The notes beneath the pieces were generated by a model. It had not been told where the DNA came from. It did no database searches and saw only the letters and a list, made by a program, of their open reading frames with translations. A program made the translations under genes and the position numbers. This document shows, piece after piece, positions 51,811-61,745 of a stretch of 64,000 nt of DNA; within the stretch, counting starts at the first letter, position 1; each line of letters opens with the position of its first letter. This stretch comes from Leucoraja erinacea (Eukaryota): positions 16,430,001 through 16,494,000 of the forward strand of contig NC_073384.1 of NCBI RefSeq assembly GCF_028641065.1, read 5' to 3'.

Positions 51811-52374
51811 GAGATGCTGCATTGAGTTTTCCAGTTTTCCTTGTCTGTCTTCCTATTATTGCCACTGAGTGGATTATCTCCTGCTGATCTACATCCCCCT
51901 GATCGTCCCTCTCTCTGCTCATACCCTCAACCGGTCCACATCAATCTGGAGCTTCCCTGCATTCTGGCTCAAGGCCCACCCTGACACCCAGCTTTGTGCA
52001 AACCTCTCACCTCTCAGTCTTCTGACAACATTGGAATTGATTCTCCACCCTGTGGAGGTCATTGGAAATTTCTCCTCCTGTCGGATCTGGATATGTTGGT
52101 CATAACCCAATCATCTTCAGCAATGTACCCCTATCATAGTCGTAGAGGTATACCTTATGGAAGCCTTGTCTTTATCGATCAAATTGGCATGCTGGACATC
52201 CCATTAGTCTACATTTAGCCTATATTCTTCAAAACCCTTCATGTCCATATATCTTTCCAAATGTATTTTGATAGATGTAATTGTATTCACTTCTATATCT
52301 TCCTCTGGTTAAAAAGATTGTGAGCATTCACTTTATCCATGTCCTTTATGATCTCGTAGTCCTTCATAAATTCA

Positions 52375-52692
52375 TGTTATAGGAGCAGAATTAGGTCACT
52401 CAGCCCATCAAGTCTATTCCGCCATTCAATCATGGCTGATCTGTCTCTCTCTCAACCACATTCTCCAGCCTTCTCCCTTAATCCCTGACACCCTTGCTAA
52501 TGAAGAATCTGTCAAACTCCACCTTAAAAATATCCATTGACTTGGCCTTCACAGCCTTCTGTGGAAATGAATTCCACAGATTCACCACCCTCTGGCTAAA
52601 GAAATTCCTCCTCATCTCCTTTCTAAAGGTATGTCCTTTTATTCTGAGGCTATGGTCTCTGGTCATAGACTCTCCCACTAGTGGAAACAACC
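52375..52692 (-). mobile_element. CR1 LINE 3' end
   Basis: FPLVGESMTRDHSLRIKG..EMRRNFFSQRVVNLWNS. Confidence 0.8.
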
Positions 52693-53357
52693 TGTCCTAA
52701 GGACACCCCACAGACTCCTACGCCCAAAATAACTAAGTCCCAAGCTAGACTGCCTGGCCCTTTAACACAAGCCCACAAATCCAGGCAACATCCATGTGAA
52801 TATCTTCTGCACCTTTTCCAACTTCCCACCATCCTTCCTATTCGACTTTCATCAGTTCATGGATCATTTTCCTAACAGAGACAGAATGAATGATTTAGTG
52901 CAGTGGACATATCGTGTGAATGGCTCAGTGCAGTGAGTTGCCCCCTCGCCATTCCCTTCTCCCCTCCCCCATCGGGCACAATGGCATAGAAGTGTGAAAG
53001 CAAACCTCCAGATTCAGGGACAGTTTATTCCCAGCTGTTATCAGGCAACTGAATCATTTGACCACAACTTGAGAGAAGTCCTGAACTACTCTCTACCTCA
53101 TTGTGACCCTCAGACTATTTTTGATCGGACTTTACTGGCTTTTCCTTGCACTGAACGTTATTCCCTTATTATGTATCTAGATATGCACTGTAAATGGCTC
53201 AATTGTAATCATGTATTGTCTTTCTGCTGACTAGATAGCACGCCACAAAAGATTTTCACTGTACCTCGGTACGCGTGACAATAAACTAGGACTGAACTGA
53301 GTTAACACCAGGGGCTGCCAAGTGCCAAGGTGCTCAGGTAATCAAATGCTTACTTAC

Positions 53358-53708
53358 TGCTTATGATCAGCTGGGTTCCTTCTCCGTAAACCGAGCCCCA
53401 CACACTGCATGTGTAAATGGCAGCATCACTGGGCTGGACTCCAACAATGGTCAGGACGAAGCTGTTACTGGCCAGATCCCTGGATGAGTGAATGTGATCA
53501 GAGATGACGTGCGACTTGGTGATGTAGTTGTAGACGGAGTGAGTCAGCAGCCACCGCCTCTTGTCCCCCGGCACCAGCCGGTCCCAGTAGACTGTGGTGG
53601 CCTCTACACTGTAGTTCTTCATGGTGCATTGCATCTCTGCCGTCATTCCCTTCTGGAGTCTCATCACCTCGGGGTGTTGCAGGAGGGTCGGAGTTGCCTG
53701 GAGGCCTG
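53358..53708 (-). CDS. Ig-V receptor exon 2: first V-set domain with J-like motif
   Basis: NAGNAG acceptor (ttccag/cag; exon start 53708 or 53705, both phase 1). Encodes GLQATPTLLQHPEVMRLQKGMTAEMQC..VYWDR..FVLTIVGVQPSDAAIYTCSVWGSVYGEGTQLIIS. Donor A/GTAAGT at 53357. Confidence 0.88.
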
Positions 53709-53914
53709 CTGGAACATCAGAACATTACAAGGACCTAGGAGCCAGGAATAGGATACCCGACCCATCAAGATCCTTGCCATTCAATATGATCGAGGCCCAT
53801 CTACCCCAGGCCTCAATTTCTCCTTTCTGCCAATTCCCCATTGTCCTCAATCTTCCAATCTCTCAGAAATGTGTCTGCATCCTCTTTGCAAATACTCCTC
53901 TGCAACAATTAGAC

Positions 53915-55060
53915 ACCTTCATGGATAGAATAGGTTTGGAGCGATATGGGCCATTTCCTTGTATCTTGCAAGGTGGTAGCTCTTGTCTGTATTGGTTTAG
54001 GGTGACATTTAATAAGGTCCTGCATGGCAGGCTGGTCCAGAAGGTTAAGGTTCAAAGAATCTAATGTAAATTTGATAAATGGTGATAGGAGGCAGAGGGT
54101 GGTGGTGGAAAGATGTGTTTTTATTGTAAATCTGTGCAGTATATCACAGGATCAGAGTTGTGAACCTTGTTATTTATTATATAAATTGAGAACTTTGAAG
54201 TGAATGAAAGATGAATGATTACAGGTGACAGAAAGGTTGTAGGTGTTGTGGACAATGAGGAAGGTTGACTAAGGAGACATCAGTTTACAGATCAGGTGGA
54301 AGTTTGAGCAGAGCTCTGGCATAGTCAATGTGAGTTGATGTATTTTGGGAAGTCACATTAGATGTAGGATATATACAGTAAATCTAGAGTGCGAGGGAAT
54401 GTTGATGAACAAAGGGACCTTGGTGTTCACGTCCAGAGCACCTTGAAAGTAACAGGATAGTGGACAGGGTGGTGAAAAATTCACATGGCATGCTTGCCTT
54501 TGTTGATCAGAGCATCATGTTATGCGGCAATTTTACAAAACACTGCTAGGACTGCACTGGTTGGGGTGTTGTGCGTGATTCTGGTTGCTCTAAAGGGAGT
54601 GCAGAGGAGATTCACCAAGATGTTGCCTGGATTGGAAAATTGTTATGGGGAGAGATTTGCAAGGCTGGACTTTCTTTCTGTGGAGTGATAGTAGCTGAGG
54701 GTTGACTGATGGGGTATATGAAATTATAGGAGGCATTGATAGAGTTGGTAGGTTAGGTAGAATCTGTTACCCAGAGTAGGAGAATTAAAAACAAAGGGGC
54801 TTAGCTTTAAGGCGAGGGGAAAGAGAAAAAGGGATCTGTGAAACATTTTCATAGAATGATTGATATCTGGAACTTGATGCTGGAGGAGATGGTGGAATCA
54901 GATAAGATCACTACATTTATGCAACATTTAGACACAAATAGCAAGGCATAAACATATATAGTCGTAATGCAGAAACATGGGATCTGTATGGATGAATAAA
55001 GAGATCAGCATGTTTATGGTGACCAAATTACCTGTTTTTGAGCTTTATGACTATGACATT
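53915..55060 (+). mobile_element. Degenerate CR1 LINE
   Basis: FNKVLHGRLVQKVK, DLGVHV and GVQRRFTKMLPGLE motifs. Confidence 0.7.
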
Positions 55061-55971
55061 TAAGGTTGGGATTGATTGGAAGACGAGACAAATTGGGCTT
55101 GAGCTAGATAACACATGAAAGAAAGCAGGAGAACGCCATTCAGCCCTTCAAGCCTGTCCCACCATTCACTATGACCACAGCCTGATCTACACTGGCCTCA
55201 ACACCCCTTCTGTGTTCCCTACATCCCTCAAATCCTCGATCTTTCAAATATTTAATGATCTCCACTTAATGACGCGTCTAACATCTGAGTAACTTAGCGG
55301 GGCTGTGTCATATGGACTTAAATGGCTGTAGAATCTAGAGGGTGAGGGGGTCAGTGGAGAGTGAAAGAGGTTCAGCCTTCTACGTCGGACCAGTGCCTTG
55401 ATTGGGAACACAGTGAGTGGGTGAGCAAGCTGTGAACCTGCCCTGGATCACCTAGAAGATTCCAGGAAGCTGGAGGTGAGGCCTTACCAAGGAGAAGGGT
55501 GGAAAACACACCCTTTGAACCCAGACAGTTCAGGCATTCCCCTTGAACCTGTGACCTACTCTCACAATCCCAGTCATTTTGTAACAATTGACCTGCTATT
55601 TAGGGATCAAGATGTGAAAGTTAATAATGATTTAAAAATACAAAATGGATTCCGATGAAACTAAGACAAGCCTCAACCTTCTTCTATTACATTGCAAGGC
55701 CAGGGAAATGCACTAACCTTTGCTTTCAGTACATTAACAAAGTTAGCAGACTGTTGATGTTCTCTTTCCAATAACATAAGCGAGATAACAAGCACAAGTT
55801 TCACGAATGTCTCCTCTATAACATAAACATAGGAACTAACCCTTGTTCCACAAGATTATGATGTGCATCATAAGTAGAAAAAAACAAAATGCTTGTTCTG
55901 CAGAAATATAACCGTCTCATATAACCATATATGGCTAACCCTTCCTCTATCAGAAGAACCTGTCAATCTTC

Positions 55972-56127
55972 TGTCAATCTTCGTCTTCGTTCGTGTGGCG
56001 TGCACAGCCTAAAGTTGTAGGGCTACTTGTTCTATTTGATCTTCTGTTTGTGCATGTCAAGTTGATTGCATTAGTCGAAACAGGGCGGACCACGTGAAGG
56101 TTGCGATCTTCCACCCCGTCAATCTTC
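55972..56127 (-). mobile_element. Short retroelement 3' end (RTE-like) with apparent target-site duplication
   Basis: gtcaatcttc on both flanks; (gaagac)-type tail on the minus strand. Confidence 0.4.
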
Positions 56128-56497
56128 TGACGCTGTCAATCTTAAGGATCTGTCAATCTTAAGAAGCAAGAGGCTGTACTAAACTTTATAGATAATGTAT
56201 TGCTGAATCGTCGAGTCAAGGGGCATATATACAAGTACTGAAATCATTGTCCATTTCTGTGGGACTTCTCTGCATAGTCTGTTATCAGCATACTGTTAAG
56301 AGTTTTACCACACCCGCCTGGCGAAATAAATAGATTACTGCTTATACTGATTTTATTTGCATTACTGCCTGTTTAAGCATATTTGGGCCACGACAGAGGG
56401 AGCTGATAGAGAGACAGGAGAAGAATTTGCATTCACATAGCAGTTCAGCACATTGCAAGGTCATTTTTAACCCATACAATAATAGATCTATTTGAAT

Positions 56498-56528
56498 CTG
56501 AAGAAGGGTCTTGACCCGAAACGTTGCC
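56498..56528 (+). ncRNA. Minimal hammerhead-ribozyme motif in a Penelope-derived repeat
   Basis: CTGAAGA-A-GGGTC-tt-GACCC-GAAA-CG-TT-gcc. Confidence 0.45.
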
Positions 56529-59284
56529 TATTTCCTTCGCTTCATATTTGCCTCACGCTGAGTTCATAGCATTTTTGTCTACCAATAATAGATCTGAGTT
56601 TTACACTAACACGTGGTCTCAGGAGAAAGTACAAATTGTTTACCTGAGGTGAGGACAAACCCAGGTCTGTGGGAAAACTGTAGATCTAATCTGGAACAAA
56701 AGTGGAAGAACTTTACAAAAAGGTAACATCTGTCGAGACTTTTTTGGTTGTCAGGTAACAATGGGCATTGAGGACGAAACGTTGAATCATTCTTGTGACA
56801 AACATCTTTTTTTTTGCATTATCCTTTTTTTTCTGCATTATTTATTTGTAATTTATCTGTAACATGTGTATGTTAAGTTTTAGTGTGTTGTCTATGTGCC
56901 TGTGAAGCTTACATGTAATTGTACCTGTACCTCACCATACGTGCATATGGCACAAAGGGTGGTGGGTGCATGGAACAAGCTCCCAGAGGAGGTAATTGGG
57001 GCAGGTACAATCACAATGTTTAATAGACTTTAGAGAGGTACATGGATAGGATAGGTTTAGAAGAATATGGGCCAAACACAGGCTGGTGCGACAAGTGTAG
57101 ATGGGGCATGTTGTTTGGCGTGGGCAAGTTGAATGGAAGGGCTTGGTTCCACATTGTATGACACTATGATTCTATGACTACAACTATCAACTCGACTTGA
57201 CTTACACTACACCAGAGGAAGCCCGAGTTAGCATAGGAAGGACCCTCATTAGGAACACATTGCTTAAATAACCTGTTACGCTTATCCTGGTTGAGATAAG
57301 CAGCCAGAATATCAGGAAAATGAACCAGTCCCGCCCAGTACAGCAATTAGTCGACTTTGGTGGAAGCAATAGCTACGTTTCAGTACATCTCTGAAGTCTC
57401 AGAAGCAAGACTGCAGCCTTTTAGTCTGACATTGCCTGAGGCCGAGGTGTGTGGATCTGGCATGGACTTCCTCCAGTGCACAGTCACACACGATGAGGAA
57501 GAGGGTCACACAATCCTACTCACATTAAAGGGCAAGCAAAAACTCTAGCAAACAGTCCCATGGTTGTCCCTGGGAGAAGATACAGGAAACTGCTCTCCAT
57601 GAGTGAACATTGGGTTGAGAAACCAGGGACATGGTGTCCTGTTCTAGTAACATGCTGGAGGTTGCAATCATTTCACATGAAATTATAAACATAAAAATAA
57701 CAAAATGGCAAAATATTATTTTGTAAGCAACGGCACAAATCAAGCTTGTAACCTTCATCTTGTGGAGTCATAGAGTCAAAGCATCATAGAGTTATACAAC
57801 ATGGACGCAAGCACTTCATTCCAACTTGACCATGCTGAACAAGATGTCCCAACTAAGCTAGTCCCAATTGGCTGTGTTTGACCCATATCAAGCTGATCTA
57901 TCTCTCCCTCCTAACTCCATAACTCACAGCTGATCTATCTCCCCCTCCTAACTCCATGCTTCTGCTTTCTCCCCATAAACTCTGACACCTGTGCTAATCA
58001 AGAATGTCGAGCATTGTCATCCACAAAACTTAATATTGACGCAGAGTGCTTCCTGTAGCAAATTAAAACTTAAATGCAAACCATTTATATTTTAATGGAG
58101 ACACGATTCAGAAATAAACCTGTCACTGACTACAGGCATCCTTTGTCAGCACCTCATCTATTTCATGCACCCGCCCTCTCACTCCCTCTCCTCCCGGACA
58201 AATGAAATTATAGAGACTGCTGTTTTTTACCTTCCGACCTACCAGCCTCCACATTCAACAGATGATCCTTTATGAAGTCTGCAGTGTCTGTGGGCTGCTG
58301 CTCATGAATCACCCTGTCTGTTGGTGATGATCAACCTGTCTGCTGGTATTGATTAACGTATCTGCTGGTGTTGACCCAGCCATTCTGCTGGTGCTCTGCA
58401 GGGAGGCTCAATTACCCACCTTGTGCAGAAACCCAGGTAACAGGAGCAGAACAGTTAATACTCATAAGTGATAGTAGAATTAGGTCATTCGGCCTATCAA
58501 GTCTACTCCGCCATTCAACCATGGCTGATCTATTCCTCCCTCCTAATCCCATTCTCCTGCCTTTCCCCCATAACCTCTGACTAATGAAGAATCTATTGAT
58601 CCCTGCCTTAAAAACATCCACTGACTTGGCCTCCAAAGAATTCCACAGATTCACTACCCTCTGACAATAAATTTCTCCTCATCTTCCAAAAAGAACGTCC
58701 TTTAATTCTGAGGCTATGACCTAGAATCTCCCACACCTGAGTGGAATGATACGTCACAGGACATTCTGAACAGGGATGTCGTGGGTGACAGGCCTGTCAC
58801 TTTAAAATGGGTCTCAATTTTGAGGTCACCGACGACGTCCCTGTTCAGAAAAATGCTGCACGCTTGGTGGAAGATGGGAATCCCAGGGGAGAGAAAAGGT
58901 GGGGGGGGGGGGGAAGGGGGGGGGGGGGGGGGGGGGGGTGGGTGAGGGCAGAGACACCCTCAGCCCATGGGGTCCACACGTGTCAACATGAATCAAGCAG
59001 ACTGGATGGTTGTTTGTAGAGGGCAGATCAGTGACCCAGGAATATTGTCCTGAAGGAAGGGCTATTGGTCCCACCACTGCGAGATGGCTCAAAGTTCTGG
59101 TCCCCAGATTCTGGTGGATTCAAAGTGTGGAGAGAGAGTATTGAAAGACGTAAAGGATGATCCCAGACCAGCAGAGAGAAGGCAGATTGGCAGAGCTCCC
59201 TGGACTTCTGAGTTTCTTGAAGAGATAGATGGGATCATAGAGACACATGAGACAGCAGACACTGGAATTTTCAGGAAAAATAGC

Positions 59285-59575
59285 AGAGGATATAGGTTTA
59301 AGGTGAAGGGGAAAAGATTTAATAGGAATCTGAGGGGTAACCTTTTCACACAAATTGTAGTGGGTGTATGGAACAAACTGCCAGAGGAGGTAGTTGAGGC
59401 AGGGGCTATCCCAACATTTAAGAACCAGTTAGACAGATACATGGATAACACAGGTTTGCAGGGATATGGGCCAAACGCAGGCAGGTGGAACTAGTGTAGA
59501 TGGGACATGTTGGTCGGTGTGGGTAAGATGGGCCGAAGGGCTTGTTTTCCGGCTGTATCACCCTATGACTCAATG
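59285..59575 (+). mobile_element. CR1 LINE 3' end
   Basis: RGYRFKVKGKRFNRNLRGNLFTQIVVGVWNKLPEEVVEAG. Confidence 0.8.
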
Positions 59576-59774
59576 ACCACTGGAGGAACTTAACGGCTCA
59601 GCAGCATCTATGGAGGGAAATGGCCAGTTGGTTGAGACTGTCTGGATATGGATGGTTTGCTGTACCACAGATGTGGGAAACAACCAAGCTATAGTTCACA
59701 CATTGACGGATGGACCCACATCACTTTGAATCTGTCCGATCGCAGATCCCCAACAAAAAGAGACTGGTACTTAC

Positions 59775-59826
59775 CCAGAGCAGCTGAGAGGGCCAGGAAC
59801 AGAGATGGGAGCAACCGCCTCGCCAT
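59775..59826 (-). CDS. Ig-V receptor exon 1: signal peptide
   Basis: aatATGG Kozak context; MARRLLPSLFLALSAAL plus G, then a perfect GTAAGT donor. Phase 1 matches the V1 exon, the classic Ig leader-exon layout. Confidence 0.82.
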
Positions 59827-59875
59827 ATTGGAAGCAAGATCCTCTGACACTGTCGACACTCCCCGAAAGGGTGAA

Positions 59876-59881
59876 TTTATA
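59876..59881 (-). promoter_or_regulatory. TATA box of the Ig-V receptor gene
   Basis: TATAAA on the minus strand about 50 bp upstream of the ATG. Confidence 0.6.
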
Positions 59882-60749
59882 TGGACATGCAGTGAAGTCA
59901 TTGTGCATTGCATAATACTCCTTCACCTTCGATACATCGGCTGCACAGCACAGAAAGTACTGGACCAAAATAGCCTAGGCCACACAATGAAAACCAGTTC
60001 CTGAGCTGCCCACTCACAAAAGTAGATACAAGAATGTTTGGACATTGACCAACTGCAGCACATGCTGTGACTGTTCCCACCAGCATCTACAACACATCGA
60101 GCCCACCCATGCCCACCCATGCCAGGGACAAGGGCAGCAACACTGACTGCAGAACTCCCAGCTCGATGTAGCCACAACAATGGGGAGGAGGCTGCTGACC
60201 CACTGAATTAGGGTCACATAAATACCCATTAACCTCATTGGATTGGAGTCAAAGTGTTAATCATTGACCTTAGTGGTCAAGTTCACGAAGAGTTTTATTG
60301 AATTTCATTTTTCCGTTCCTGATCCATTTGCCAATTAAACATTCTTGACTTGAAACATTTGACCTTGGTGGCCTGGGATGGTACAGTTACACAAGGATCT
60401 AATTGACCTGGGGTTAAGTGATACCCATTGGTTTCATTGGCATAGACAGAAAATGACAAATTCCACGGGTCAGGCAGCCTCTCTGGAGAAAAGAAATAGG
60501 TGATGTTTCGGCTCGAGACCCTTCAAACAGACCTGCAGCACGTGAGTCTGATGAAGGGTCTAGACCTGAATTGACCTATTCCTTTTCTCCGGTGATGCTG
60601 CCTGATCCGCTGAGTTACTCCAGCATTTTGTGTCTATCTTCAGTGTTAACCTGTATCTGCAGTTCCTTCTTTCAGATTTCATTGGCCTAGTGTCACAGTG
60701 ATATCCATTAACTTAAATGGCCAGGGTCACTGAAGTCCAATTAACAATG

Positions 60750-61745
60750 TTTAAGAGGGAACTGCAGATGCTGGAGAATCGAAGGTTACACAAAAAAGCT
60801 GGAGAAACTCAGCGGGTGCAGCAGCATCTATGGAGCGAAGGAAATAGGCAACGTTTCGGGCCGAAACCCTTCTTCAGACTGATCGGGGGCGGGGGTGAGT
60901 GGGGACATGAAAGGGAAAAGGAGGAGTAGCCAGAAGGCTGGGGAATGGGAGGAGACAGCAGGGGGGCCCAGGAAGGGGAGGAGACAGCAAGGAAGGATCT
61001 ACAATATTGGGAGAATTCGATGTTCATGCCCCCGGGATGCAGACTCCCCAAACGGAATATGAGGTGCTGTTCCTCCAATTTCCGGTGCAGCTCGCTGTGG
61101 CCATGGAGGAGACCCAGGACAGAGAGGTCGGAGACGGAGTGGGAGGGGGAGTTGAACCGAGCGGAGGTGTCCCCCTAGTCCTCACCTTTCACCCCACCAA
61201 CCGTCACATACAAAAAGTAATCCTCCGTCAGTTTCGCCACCTCCAACGTGACCCCACTACTGGCCACATCTTCCCATCTCCCCCCATATCTGCCTTCCGC
61301 AAAGACCGCTCCCTCCATAACTCCCTTGTCAATTCTTCCCTTCCCTCTCGGTCCACCCCCTCCCCGGGCACTTTCCCTTGCAACCGCAAGAGATGCAACA
61401 CTGACCCTTTACCTCCCCCCTCGACTCCGCAAGGACCCAAGCAGGAGTTGCTGGTGCGACTGAGGTTCACCTGCATCTCATTCCAACCTCATCTATTGGA
61501 GTCAAAGTGTTAGATCATTGACCTATAGTGGTCAGGTTCACGAGAGTTTTATTGTTTTTCAACACCTCCGTTCGGTGATCAATTGCCAATTAAACCTTCT
61601 TGACTTGAAGCACTTCAACTCCCCCCTCCCATCCGTACGACCTACTCAAGGATCTAATTCTCCTCCATGGCCACAGCGAGCAGCACCGGAAATTGGAGGA
61701 ACAGCACCTCATATTTCCGTTTGGGGAGTCTGGAGACCCCGGGGT
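60750..61745. mobile_element. Young Penelope-like element: inverted 3' terminal part (60750-61160, minus) joined to a GIY-YIG linker region (61160-61745, plus)
   Basis: Plus strand reads GVPLVLTFHPTNRHIQKVILRQFRHLQRDPTTGHIFPSPPISAFRKDRSL...FPCNRKRCNT; minus strand reads LEEQHLIFRLGSLHPGGMNIEF. 61040-61112 is the reverse complement of about 61660-61731. Confidence 0.8.
60847..60880 (-). ncRNA. Minimal hammerhead-ribozyme motif in the Penelope terminal repeat
   Basis: Minus strand: agt-CTGAAGA-A-GGG-tttcgg-CCC-GAAA-CG-TT-gcc. Confidence 0.5.

Noticed and set aside
57525-57758. Hydrophobic 77-aa minus-strand ORF as an alternative leader for V1
   Set aside because: No suitable phase-1 donor follows the hydrophobic stretch. 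The 59775-59826 exon has a Kozak context, TATA box and perfect donor.
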